A stretch of DNA of 64,000 bases, taken from the NCBI RefSeq assembly GCF_963921235.1, contig NC_086108.1, positions 58,096,001 through 58,160,000 of the forward strand. Reading direction: 5' to 3'. The stretch comes from Mobula hypostoma. Its lineage: Eukaryota. Of the stretch, positions 1 through 13,063 are shown one piece after another (position 1 is the stretch's first letter; every line of letters begins with the position of its first letter). A model generated the notes under the pieces. It was not told the origin of the DNA and did not search any database. It was given only the letters and a program-made list of their open reading frames with translations. Made by a program: the position numbers and the translations under genes.

Positions 1-364
1 CGACAACTGCTTTGGCATGTTTGATGAGTTAAATAGAAACATTCTGAGGAGGTAACTAACATGATAGGTTTTGGATTATTTATCAGTATTATTTTTATGG
101 TTAGTCATTATTTTGAGCATTACCTTTATTCCAAGAATGCTGGAATACAAAAGGCTAGAAATGATTTGATGGCTGATCAGAACTCTGCTTTGATGCCATC
201 TAGAATAGTTTTAAAACTTTTACCTCAAAACTGACTATATGAAGTATATATTGACCTTGAAGGGTGAAGTTTAAATTCACTGGGAATAAGAGGTTTAAAT
301 AATGAAGATGCTGCTTAGAATTTTGGAAAAAGCTGATCAAGCTAAACTGTTTGAAAAGAATAAA

Positions 365-471
365 AATCAGAAACCGTTTTCAATATCACTGGCATACATA
401 TTGAAATTTGATGTTTTGTGGCAGCAGTACATTGTAATACATAATAAAAACTAAAATACATTAAGTATATA

Positions 472-518
<47 letters not shown>

Positions 519-1455
519 AATTAAATTACTGAGGTAATGTTCATAGGTTCAATGTCCATTCAGAAACTTGATGGTGGAGGGGAAGAAGCACGTTGAGTGT
601 GTGTCTTCAGATTCCTATAACTTCTTCTTGATGGTTGCAATGATAAAAGGCTAGGTGATGGGGGTCCTTAATGATGGATTCTGCCTTTTGGAGGCATCGC
701 CTTTTGAAGGTGCCCTTGGTGCTGGGAAGGCTAGTGCCCATGATGAAGCTAACTGGGTTTACAATTTTCTACAGTTTTTTCCAATCTTGTGCAGTGGCCC
801 CTCCACACCAGACAGTATGCAACCAGCTCTGCATGGTACATCTGTAAAAGTTAGCAAGTATCTTTGGTGATATACCAATTCTCCTCAAACTCCTAAAGGT
901 ATACTGCTACTGTCATGCCTTCTTGGTAATTGTATCAATATGTTGGACCCAGGGTAGATCCTCAGAGATATTAATACCCAGGAACATGGAACTATTCACC
1001 CCTTCCTCAGCTGATCCCTTACTGAGGACTGTTGTGTGTTCCTTTGACTTACCCTTCCTGAAGTCCACACTCAGTTCATTGATCTTAAGTTGGGTGCATG
1101 GTTATAACTACAACACCACTTAACCAGCTGAAATAGCTCACTCCTGAAATTCTGTCATCAATAGTTCACTCTTGAAATTTTGTCATCAATAGTTGTGTTG
1201 TCAGTAAATTTATAGATGGTGTTTGTGCTGGGCTGAGTGACACAACCCTGGGTAAAGGGAGAGTAGAGCAGTGGGCTAAGCACACATCCTTGAGGTGCAC
1301 CAGTGCTGATTGTCAGTGAGGAGGAGATATTATTTCCAATCCATACAGACTGTGGTGTCCTGTTGAGGAAGTCAAAACTCCAGTTGCAGAGGAAGGTACA
1401 GAGGTCCAGGTTTTGGAGCTTGTTGATTAGAACAATTGTGTTCAACGCTGAGCTG
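365..1455 (-). mobile_element. Rex1/Babar-like LINE, 5'-truncated and decayed
   Basis: Minus ORF 1158-1514 has RT motifs ([37 protein letters not shown]). The 3' UTR near 365-560 matches those of the copies at 58128 and 61945. Ends approximate. Confidence 0.75.
474..518. repeat. (TG)n(TA)n microsatellite within the LINE 3' UTR
   Basis: Directly visible dinucleotide run. Confidence 0.95.
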
Positions 1456-3475
1456 CAAGATTGAACAGATCTGTGAAAATTGCTGATAATTGTACATCCC
1501 ATTTTAGTTTGCATTTTATTGACAGGAATAGAAAATTATGCAGAGTATCGTGGATATTTGGTGCCCCTCCTGAAGTTGAATGCATTCCTGTGGTTAAGTG
1601 TGATTTGTATGAAAAAAATACATCAGTGGTCACCCCTGCAAATAAAACGCAACAAAGTAATTTCTGACTTCAAAAATATATACTACTTAATCCTTCTTTT
1701 ACAGATGAATATTATACAGACTTTGACTTAGTTTTAATATTTTTTATGTTTTACCATTTGTTGAATGTCTTACGATTACAACAAGAAGATAATATCATGA
1801 TCATAAGACATTCTGCAAATAGTACAACCTGGAAAATGTTCAGCATACGATGGATTTGAACAATGATGCTCATCCTTGTTGAAATCCTGTCACTAGATAT
1901 TACCAAACTGATATATTGGTGTAGATTCTTATGAGTGAAGCACTTCCAGGGAGTCAGTGGTGCACAGCCCTTCTCTCTGATTAACTAAACAAATGGAAAA
2001 TAGACAGTGCAAATTTAGGACTGTTCCAATGCAGCATTCTGTGGCTCCTACTCTTTAACGAGGATATCGGATATGAGAACCATTCCTCATGTATCTTCCA
2101 TTACGGTACAGGTTATCCTTAATATAAGAAGCATGTTTGCATTGGCACGCCCCTAATAATTACAAATTAATGTGTTAGAGAGATGCTGCCCTCTGGCTGT
2201 GGTGATGGTCAATCATTGTTCGATAGACACTGATCAAGCATTGATTCATTGTTGAACACTTGTGAGTATAGACTCTTATAGGTACAATAAAGTCCAACTT
2301 TGGGAATCAACATCACACACACAATTGCATTGGGTGCTTTGAATGTCCTTGGATGTTATCATGAGCTATGTGTGGAGCAGCTGGCGACCAATCTACAACC
2401 TACATTCCTTAGCTGATACTCTAAACCTGTTTTTCATATCGGTGGTCTTGCTGGTTATATCACCACAATTGTGAATTGATGAATTTCAGTCCAAACATTG
2501 CAATTCAGGAGCCTTAATAATTGAAATAGAAAGAGAAGTTAAAGTAGGAGAGTCACAGAGCAGATTGAACGACGTCCTATATGTTGCAATAGTAACAAGC
2601 AAAATTATCAACATTAACGTGAAACAGCCAACAACGTACAGCTTAACATGAAAATCCTCAAGCTCCTAATCATGATATATTGTGCCCTTGCAGGCTACAC
2701 TATCCACCACTTCCTCCATTGTAAATGAGATTAATTCACTAGAAATTATATGAATTTAAGTTGATTCCAAACAGCTTCCATTGTAAAACATATTGAAAAT
2801 CTTGCACATAGTTACATTGATTTGAATAGTGTACTAAGCTATTATTAGTGCTTATCAGATGATTTGGTCCTGAAAATCTAATTTTGTATACTGTAATTTC
2901 CTTGCATGAATATGGGAAAATAGGGGAAATTTTAATTTTTTGCAGTTTATTTATGACATTTCAGCTTTTAATTTAATTACACATATCCTCGAATTTACTT
3001 AGCCATCTGTATAATGTTTTAATTTGATTAGAATTGCCTTTAATATGCTGTTTGCCTGATTGCTCAGTCTGTTTGATGAGCTGAGCACTCTTTGACCTCT
3101 TGCCTGTTTGCAGCATTTGTCAAAAATGCCTGGTTCCCTCTGCAGAGATTATATTTTAGGAGAATTTTTTGATTACCATGAGAAACACTGTTGCTTTACG
3201 AGTGACTGCAAATTCTGACTGATAAGTTAACTCCTTACCAGCTAAATCCTTCAAAACAATATTTTTGATCCATAAATAAACATGATTTAACCGACCATTA
3301 TTCTAACATGGAGATTCTGGAATAACTCGGACAAGATTTATTACTTCTTGTTTTAATTACCAAAAATAAAAGATACTGTACTGATTTTCTAGAGAAAAAC
3401 TATATAAATTGCCTTTGTTATTGTCCTGTGATGCAGTAATTGTTCAAATAATTCATTCTTATCCTTTTGTTTTAG

Positions 3476-3575
3476 TCCAAGGCTCTAATTCCTCTGCAAA
3501 CAGAGTCTCATCCAGAAACAAAACAGAGAGTGCTGACAAACTATATGTTCCCTCAGCAGCCACGTAACGATGAAG
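3476..3575 (+). CDS. LRRC7: LRRC7/densin-180 internal coding exon (100 nt, phase 0 to 1)
   Basis: ttttgttttag|TCC...GAAG|gtgag. Translates [33 protein letters not shown], nearly identical to the post-LRR LAP-specific region of mammalian densin as recalled. Confidence 0.95.
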
Positions 3576-4299
3576 GTGAGACTTTTTCCACACTTAAGGC
3601 TCAGATCAGTGAATACTTTCAGGTGATACCTCTTTACATGATGGTATTTCTTGCATTTGTAAGCTGGATAATGAGCAAGTAATACCTAGTTAGTTATTCT
3701 ATTGTGGTATAAAAGTATTTAATTTTAACTGGGCTACTCTTCCAAGCTTCAAATTTTTGTTGTTTCTAACTTTGTAGAAAAATCGTATTTGTAGATTTTA
3801 ATTTCTATTATAGAACAATGCATTACCATGCAGCTGTGTTGAGGTATGTGCTGTCTGGTGTGGAACAAATACTGTGGATCAATTTAAAAAGTACAGTATA
3901 TGCTAAATTAAGTTATATCAGCAAAAATGCCAGTAGAATTTATTGCCATTGGCCAAAGGACCTGATATCTGAAAAGGATAAGAAAAAAACGTATTCCTAA
4001 TATTAAGTGAGCCATTACAAATGACTAATTACAACAGAGTTCAGCTGCAATCTAATACCTTGCAAGAGAACAGTTGGTGAACACTCAGCTTCAAAGCTTA
4101 TACATGGAGGTTCACTCAAAGTCTACACATGCAGTTATCAGAGAAGAGTCATTCCTTTATTCATTGATTTATTTGAGCATAGGCATGGAAGCTCTGAAAT
4201 AACTTTGAAATCTCAATTCATATGGTATCACCAATCTTGCTAATTAAAGCGCTGAGTAAGATTGAAAACAACAAGGAGCAGAGCAGAGGGCAAGTGGGT

Positions 4300-4840
4300 A
4301 TTCAGTGCCATCTGCCCCGTTTGCCCGGTCTCCCTCTCTCCCTTGCTCGCTGATGTCAGAGAAAAGTACCTGAGTTTGATTGTCTCTCTGGCTTTCGCTG
4401 GTTGCTCCCGGGGGAGGCGCTTGCATTTGACCCGTTTCCCTCTCCCTCTTGCGCGATGGTGCCAGAGTCTTGGTTCTTGGGCAAGGTTTAATTGACATGG
4501 TTTGTGTTTGGACTCTGCAGTTCATATTGTATGTGTTTCTGGTTTCTGGTTGCTCCTTTTTTATTGCTATTTTGCGCAATTTTGATCAGAGAGGACTGAC
4601 TCTGTGATCTGCAGTGAGTGAATGATACAGTGCTGAACTGAACTAAACTAAACATTGCTAGACTGTGTGGTTTTGATGTTTTATATTCTGTGTGTTCTTC
4701 ACTCGTTTTTTACTGTTTGTGCTATTTGTTCTTTCTGCGCATTGGGTGTTTGATGTTTTCTTTGATAGTGTTTCTTTGTTTTGTGGCTGCCTGTGGGAAG
4801 AAGAATCCCAAGGTTGTATACTGCAGACATACCTTGGATC
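4300..4840 (+). mobile_element. Non-coding SINE-like or LINE-3'UTR-derived repeat
   Basis: The T/G-rich body and end (gaagaatcccaaggttgtatactg) resemble the reverse complement of 55203-55400. Family and boundaries uncertain. Confidence 0.45.
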
Positions 4841-4917
4841 ATTGATTATTGTGCCTTAAGCATACCTATAAATATATATTATCCCATTTTTTTTAACAAT
4901 TTTGAAATAAGCATGTT

Positions 4918-7640
4918 CATAGAACCATAGAACCATAGAAACTACAGCACAGAAACAGGCCCTTTGGCCCTTCTTGGCTGTGCTGAACCATTTTCTGCCT
5001 AGTCCCACTGACCTGCACACGGACCCTATCCCTCCATACACCTCCCATCCATGTATCTGTCCAATTTATTCTTAAATGTTAAAAAAGAACCCGCATTTAC
5101 CACCTCGTCTGGCAGCTCATTCCATACTCCCACCACTCTCTGTGTGAAGAAGCCCCCTCTAATGTTCCCTTTAAACTTTTCCCCCCTCACCCTTAACCCA
5201 TGTCCTCTGGTTTTTTTCTCCCCTTGCCTCAGTGGAAAAAGCCTGCTTGCATTCACTCTATCTATACCCATCATAATTTTATATAACTCTATCAAATCTC
5301 CCCTCATTCTTCTACGCTGCAGGGAATAAAGTCCTAACCTATTCAACCTTTCTCTGTAACTGAGTTTCTCAAGTCCCGGCAACATCCTTGTAAACCTTCT
5401 CTGCACTCTTTCAACCGTATTTATATCCTTCCTGTAATTTGGTGACCAAAACTGAACACAATACTCCAGATTCGGCCTCACCAATGCCTTATACAACCTC
5501 ATCATAACATTCCAGCTCTTATACTCAATACTTTGATTAATAAAGGCCAATGTACCAAAAGCTCTCTTTACGACCCTATCTACCTGTGACGACACTTTTA
5601 GGGAATTTTGTATCTGTATTCCCAGATCCCTCTGTTCCACTGCACTCCTCAGTGCCTTACCATTAACCCTGTATGTTCTACGTTGGTTTGTCCTTCCAAC
5701 GTGCAATACTTCACACTTGTCAGTATTAAACTCCATCTGCCATTTTTCAGCCCATTTTTCCAGCTGGTCCAAGTCCCTCTGCAGGCTCTGAAAACCTTCC
5801 TCACTGTCTACTAGACCTCCAATCTTTGTATCATCAGCAAACTTGCTGATCCAATTTACCACATTATCATCCAGATCATTGGTATAGATGACAAATAACA
5901 ATGGACCCAGCACTGATCCCTGTGGCACACCACTAGTCATAGGCCTCCACTCAGAGAAGCAATTCTCTACTACCACTCTTTGGCTTCTTCCATCGAGCCA
6001 ATGTCTAATCCAATTTACCACCTCTCCATGTATACCTAGCGACGGAATTTTCCTAACTAACCTCCCATGCGGGACCTTGTCAAAGGCCTTACTGAAGTCC
6101 ATGTAGACAATATCCACTGCCTTCCCTTCATCCACTTTCCTGGTAACCTCCTTGAAAAACTCCAACAGATTGGTCAAACATGACCTACCACACACAAAGC
6201 CATGTTGACTCTCCCTAATAAGCCCCTGTCTATCCAAATGCTTGTAGATTCTGTCTCTTAGTACTCCCTCCAATAACTTACCTACTACTGACGTTAAACT
6301 CACCGGCCTATAATTTCCCGGATTACTTTTCGATCCTTTTTTAAACAACGGAACAACATGAGCCACTCTCCAATCCTCCGGCACTTCACCCGTAGACAGC
6401 GACATTTTAAATATTTCTGCCAGGGCCCCCGCAATTTCAACACTAGTCTCCTTCAAGGTCCGAGGGAACACTCTGTCAGGTCCCGGGAATTTATCCACTT
6501 TAATTTTCCTCAAGACAGCAAGCACCTCCTCCTTTTCAGTCTGTACAGTTTCCATGATCTCACTACTTGATTCCCTCAATTCCATAGATTTCATGTCAGC
6601 TTCCTTAGTAAATACAGACGCAAAAAACCTATTTAAGATCTCCCCCATTTCCTTTGGTTCCGCACAAAGCTGACCACTCTGATCTTCAAGAGGACCAATT
6701 TTATCCCTTACAATCCTTTTGCTCTTAATATACTTGTAAAAGCTCTTTGGATTATCCTTCACTTTGACTGCCAAGGCAACCTCATGTCTTCTTTTCGCCC
6801 TCCTGATTTCTTTCTTAAGTATTTTCTTGCACTTCTTATACTCCTCAAGCACCTGATTTACCCCCTGTTTCCTATACATTTCATACAACTCCCTCTTCTT
6901 CTTTATCAGAGTTGCAATATCCCTTGAGAACCAAGGTTCCTTATTCCTATTCAATTTGCCTTTAATCCTGACAGGAACATACAAACTCTGCACTCTCAAA
7001 ATTTCCCCTTTGAAGGCTTCCCACCTACCAATCACATCTTTGCCAGAGAACAAACCTGTCCCAATCCACGCTTTTTAGATCCTTTCTCATTTCTTCAAAT
7101 TTGGCCGCCTTCCAGTTCAGAACCTCAACCCTAGGACCAGATCTGTCCTTGTCCATGATCAAATTGAAACTAATGGTGTTATGATCACTGGAACCAAAGT
7201 GCTCCCCTACACAGACTTCTGTCACTTGCCCTAATTCGTTTCCTAACAGGAGATCCAATATTGCATCCCCTCTAGTTGGTCCCTCTATATATTGATTTAG
7301 AAAACTTTCCTGAACACATTTTACAAACTCTAAACCATCTAGACCCCTAACAGTATGGGAGTCCCAATCAATGTATGGAAAATTAAAATCCCCTACCACC
7401 ACAACTTTATGTTTCCTGCAGTTGCCTGCTATCTCTCTGCAGATTTGCTCTTCCAAGTCTCGTTGACTATTGGGTAGTCTGTAATACAATCCTACTAATG
7501 TGGCCATACCTTTCCTGTTTCTCAGCTCCACCCATAAGGACTCAGTAGACAAGCCCTCTAATCTGTCCTGCCTGAGCACTGCTGTAATATTTTCCCTAAC
7601 AAGCAATGCTACTCCCCTACCTTTCATTCCTCTGCCTCGA
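4918..7640 (-). mobile_element. CR1 LINE, 5'-truncated, young (partial endonuclease, RT, 3' tail)
   Basis: ORF 7025-7666 (GDFN, LDLLL, SDHN) and ORF 5026-7053 (PGPD, YRPVSLTS, DFSKAFD, SGVPQGSVLGP, KFADDTK). (CATAGAAC)n tail at 4918-4941. Confidence 0.95.
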
Positions 7641-8019
7641 TATATATGATAATTTTCTTGCACCATGAACAGCTATTATTACTTTGTGACCAACATAAGA
7701 TGTTCATCCCCTGCAACTGATCAGTATTAAGACATAACAATCACTTTGTTCAATCATTCAATGTTACATCCTTTCCGGCATCACTTGTACTCAGCAGACT
7801 TTTAACTAATAGATGCATTCCTCTGCTGATCATTTGTGTTCAACTTAACATTCTCCTTGAGGATGTTTATATTTTATATTCTCGCCTTTTATATTTTGAA
7901 CATCTTGTACCTATTCTATAGGCTGCTCATATAGAGAGATCATTTAACTGTTCTCTATATCTACACCTGCTTTGCCATGGTCAGTACTTCAAAGACAGCT
8001 ACAATCCTACTGCAATTTC

Positions 8020-8420
8020 AATCAGTCAGATTATTACTGACATAAAACATGAAATATTGCTGTTATTTGATAATGGTACACTGCAAAGCCATAAAAAATC
8101 TATAAATTACAAAATAAATAGAGGAAAAACAAAAGTTCATTGGTTCATGCAGCAATCTTAAATCTGTTGGTGGAGGGAAAGAAGCTCTTCCTAAATCATC
8201 GAGTGTGGGTTTTCAGGCTCCTGTGACTCTTCCCTGATGATTGTAATGAGGAGATGGCGTGTTCTGGATAGTGAGTTTCCCCAGTGCGGGATGCTGCCTT
8301 CTTGGGACACCATCCCTTAGCGATGCCCATGATGGGTTGTTGTGGATGTGATGGAGTCCTGTGCATTGAGAGTTTCCACACCAGTCTGTGACGCCACCAG
8401 TCAGAAGCCTTTTCACCGGA
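8020..8420 (-). mobile_element. Rex1/Babar-like LINE 3' fragment
   Basis: Similar to the 3' ends at 365-800 and 58128-58420 (ggtggagggaaagaagctcttcc..gagtgtgggttttcaggctcctgt). Confidence 0.65.
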
Positions 8421-9417
8421 CAGCAATAAAAAATTGCTCAGGTGCAGAATCAAGATTGGTTACTGAGCTGTGATCTACAGAGAACCCTTGTACATGTGTG
8501 TATTCAGAATCTGAGCAGAAATCAGCTTTGATTCATAAACCAATGGTCCCCAATTTACCTACCTCTACTATGCAGCAATAGCTCCTAATAATAAAAATCT
8601 GCAATAACAGTTTGGAAAACATGACTGTGTTCCATATCTTAAGAGCTGCCTCTCAGTAACAGGTGGCATTGATGGTGGAATTAGTCACTGAATCCAGTAC
8701 TATCATCTTCTTGACTTGTTTACAGAGGAATTAAATTCAAATAATAAGGTCATGCAGTTTGCTGATTAACATCGATGTCCCCTTGTAATTTTAGTGATTT
8801 GCTAAAAGCTTAATATGTTCTAGATAAGAAACAATGCTAAAAAGAGAAAAATATAATATTTGTGGAAAATCTTTGTTTCATTACTTTTGCTGGTTAACAG
8901 CAGAAAACAGTGGGCTTTTTCAAATCCGTTCATGATATCAACTGCTATGGATAGTTTCTCATTTATTCAATTTTCAGAGGTGGTTAAAAGTCAAGCACAC
9001 AATTTTCTTACATGGTTAAGTCAAACACAAAATTTTTCTAGCTCTTAATCTAACTTGTCCAATATTAGATTATTTTAATTCTCAGCTATTTATTAACTTT
9101 GACAAATTGGACATGGTGGCATGCAAAACAGATGGTTTCACATTGGTTGCCTATTATACACCACACTACTTGGCCTGTTTCACTAGCTTCAACGTCTGAA
9201 ACAGTCTGACAAAGTGATTTCATATGATGTGTTCGGGTCCAATTTCAAACCTACAGCTTTTGTGAGAAGGTCCCTTTAGGTCTCCACATAATGTCTTGTA
9301 CAATTTCATTCTTACCGTCCAAATCTTGAACTTAATGATGACAAAGTAACAACATTCAAAGAAAGCTGGCCACACAAATCTAGTAACTTCATGACATCTT
9401 TTTTACTCTGTAGGTAA

Positions 9418-10857
9418 TTTTTTAAAAAAGGAGGGAGAGAGAAACCAGGGAATTATAGACCGGTTAGCCTAACATCGGTGGTGGGGAAACTGCTAGAGTC
9501 TGTTATCAAAGATGTGATAACAGCACATTTGGAAAGCGGTGAAATCATCGGACAAAGACAGCATGGGTTTGTGAAAGGAAAATCATGTCTGACGAATCTC
9601 ATAGAATTTTTTGAGGATGTAACTAGTAGAGTGGATAGGGGAGAACCAGTGGATGTGGTATATTTGGATTTTCAAAAGGCTTTTGACAAGGTCCCACACA
9701 GGAGATTAGTGTGCAAACTTAAAGCACATGGTATTGGGGGTAAGGTATTGATGTGGATAGAGAATTGGTTGGCAGACAGGAAGCAAAGAGTGGGAATAAA
9801 CGGGACCTTTTCAGAATGGCAGGCAGTGACTAGTGGGGTACTGCAGGGCTCAGTGCTGGGACCCCAGTTGTTTACAATATATATTAATGACTTAGATGAG
9901 GGAATTAAGTGCAGCATCTCCAAGTTTGCGGATGACACGAAACTGGGCGGCAGTGTTAGCTGTGAGGAGGATGCTAAGAGGATGCAGGGTGACTTGGATA
10001 GGTTGGGTGAGTGGGCAAATTCATGGCAGATGCAATTTAATGTGGATAAATGTGAAGTTATCCACTTTGGTGGCAAAAACAGGAAAACAGATTACTATCT
10101 GAACGGTGGCCGATTAGGAAAAGGGGAGGTGCAACGCGACCTGGGTGTCATTATACATCAGTCATTGAAAGTGGGCATGCAGGTACAGCAGGCGGTGAAA
10201 AAGGCGAATAGTATGCTGGCATTTATAGCAAGAGGATTCGAGTACAGGAGCAGGAAGGTACTACTGCAGTTGTACAAGGCCTTGGTGAGACCACACCTGG
10301 AGTATTGTGTGCAGTTTTGGTCCCCTAATCTGAGGAAAGACATCCTTGCCTTAGAGGGAGTACAAAGAAGGTTCACCAGATTGATTCCTGGGATGGCAGG
10401 ACTTTCATATGATGAAAGACTGGATGAACTAGGCTTATACTCATTGGAATTTAGAAGATTGAGGGGGGATCTGATTGAAACGTATAAAATCCTAAAGGGA
10501 TTGGACAGGCTAGATGCAGGAAGATTGTTCCCAATGTTGGGGAAGTCCAGAATGAGGGGTCACAGTTTGAGGATAAAGGGGAAGCCTTTTAGGACCAAGA
10601 TTAGGAAAAACTTCTTCACACAGAGAGTGGTGAATCTGTGGAATTCTCTGCCACAGGAAACAGTTGAGGCCAATTCATTGGCTATATTTAAGACGGAGTT
10701 AGATATGGCCCTTGTGGCTAAAGGGATCAGGGGGTATGGAGGGAAGGCAGGTACAGGGTTCTGAGTTGGATGATCAGCCATGATCATACTGAATGGCGGT
10801 GCAGGCTCAAAGGGCTGAATGGCCTACTCCTGCACCTATTTTCTGTGTTTCTATGTT
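9418..10857 (+). mobile_element. CR1 LINE, 5'-truncated, uninterrupted RT frame
   Basis: ORF 9478-10764 ([34 protein letters not shown]). CR1 3' UTR ends in ttctgtgtttctatgttt. Confidence 0.95.
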
Positions 10858-11454
10858 TAATCATCAGGCAAATTTTAGAAAGGATCTCTGACACCCAGCA
10901 GCCTTGATGTTGATATACCAGCTGGGTAACCAGTAATATTAGATAATTTTCACAAACAGAAAACCAGGAAAGAAAAGATACAGATTGAAGCTATTTTGAA
11001 AATGTAGATTACAAAATGAGAAATAAACATTGGAATGTACATATGACTTTGGTAGAAGCTGAAATGAATAAACTTTTAAAGTATACTTAATATTTTGATC
11101 ATTTTTATCTGAGGGAATTACAATCAGCAAATTTGTGTCCAAAGTCTGGAAACAGTAATTACAGTTTAATATGCATTAGAAATTCAGATGCCCTCTAACA
11201 AGTGTAATTCTTAGGGTTATTTTGTCCTTAAGTCTGGTTCAGACCTGAAGTTCTCATTGAACCAATGTAATGTGATTGAGGTGGAGAAGCTGAAAATTAT
11301 GCAGCCTGTGAAGGAAGGCGAATCGTGTAACTTGGAATATCTATATCAAACTTCACTCACAGAAATCCTGAAATTGCTGTCATTTTCACAATGTGATTTT
11401 CTGAACCTCACAACTAAAATAATCCAGTCAAATTTCCAGTAGCACTTATATCTT

Positions 11455-13063
11455 GAGGCTATAGCTCTTAGAGGCTTCAGAGAAGAGAGGTGTCAGTCAG
11501 TGAAAGCAAAGAAAAGAAAAGCTCTAGGTTAAGTTTATTTTTTCCTTCCCTTCTTTGTATCTGCTCAGCTAGGACAGCAGAAATGCCAGACAGGACACTG
11601 GAATGGTCCTCTTCCGGGATGTGGGCATGCAGGGAAATCTCCAGTGTCCCTGACAACTACAACTGCGAGAAGTGCATCCAGCTGCAGCTTCTAACACTCC
11701 GCGTTAAGGAGTTGGAGCTGGAACTGGATGATCTGCGGATCATTTGAGAGGCTGAAGGGATGATAGTTAGGACGTTTAGAGGATAGTTATACCCAAGGTG
11801 CGGGACACAGGAAACTGGGTGACAGTCAGGAAGGGGAAAGGGGTTGAAGAACCAGTACAGAGCACCCCTGTGGCCAGCCCCCTCAACAACAGGTATATCA
11901 CTTTGGATATTCTTGGAGGGGTTGACTTAACAGAGCAGAGTCACTGTGGTTGGGTCTCTAGCACTGACTCTGGCTCTATGACACAGAAGGGAAGGGGGAG
12001 GAAAAGGCACACTGTGGTGATAGGGGATTCGTTAGAGGGACGGACAGGAAGTTCTGAGGTTGAGAATGAGATTCCTGCATGGTATGTTGCCTCCCAGGTG
12101 CCAGGGTCCAGGACATCTCGGATTGAGTCCTCCGCATTCTCAAGTGGGAGGGTGAATAGTCACAGGTAGTGGTCCGTGTAGGTACCACAGATATGGGTAG
12201 GATGAGTGACGAGGTTCAGCATAGGGAGTTAGGTGCTAAGTAAAAGGCAGGGCCTCCAGGGTTGTGATATCAGGATTGCTACACGTGCCACATGCTAGTG
12301 AGTCCAAAACCAGGAAGATTATGCAGTTTAATATGTGGCTAAGGATTTGGTGTAAGAGTGAGGGCATAATATTTTGTGATCATTGGAAGGTGGAACCTGT
12401 ACAGAACTGGAGAGGGACTAACATTCTAGCGGGAAACTTTGTTAATACTGCATGGTTGGGTTTAAACTAGAGTTGCAAGGGGATGGGAACCCAAGTGCCA
12501 GAACAGATAGTGGAGAGGCAGTTATAAAGTTAAGAATCAAAATGTTGAGCATGGTGTGACTAGTATCATTACCTACATGTATTTCAATGCAAGAAGTATT
12601 GTGGGAATGGTGGATGATAGTGCTGAAGATGAGGTAGCTGGTTTACAAATAAAGGCAATGTGTAGTGTTGCTAGGGCAGTATTGCAGTCAACAGGATTTG
12701 TTGCACTATAAAAAGTGGGAAATCGAAAAGAGTGAACACAGGACTGAAGGTGTTATATTTGAATGCAGTGTACAGAATAAGGTAGATGAACTTGTAGCAC
12801 AGTTGCAGATTGGCATGTATGGTGTACTATGCATTACTGAGTCATGGTTGAAAGAATATTACAACTGGGAACTTAATATTCAACAATACACATTGTATTG
12901 AAATGAGAGGCAGGAAGGCAGAGGGGGTGGCTTTGCTCTGTTGGTAAAAAATGAAATTAAATAATTAGAAAGAGGTGACATAGGGTTGGAGGATGTTGAA
13001 TCATTATTAATAGAGCTAAGGAACTGTAAGGATAAAAAGACCCTGCTGGAAGTTGCGTACAGA
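11455..13063 (+). mobile_element. CR1 LINE 5' part (ORF1 zinc finger/leucine zipper and esterase remnants, start of ORF2), split by L1
   Basis: CEKCIQLQLLTLRVKELELELDDLR; VVIGDS esterase motif; endonuclease NKVDEL..ITESWL. Resumes at 18327. Confidence 0.85.

Noticed and set aside
5051..10787. Short ORFs antisense to the CR1 RT frames
   Set aside because: Shadow ORFs of LINE coding sequence with no independent evidence.
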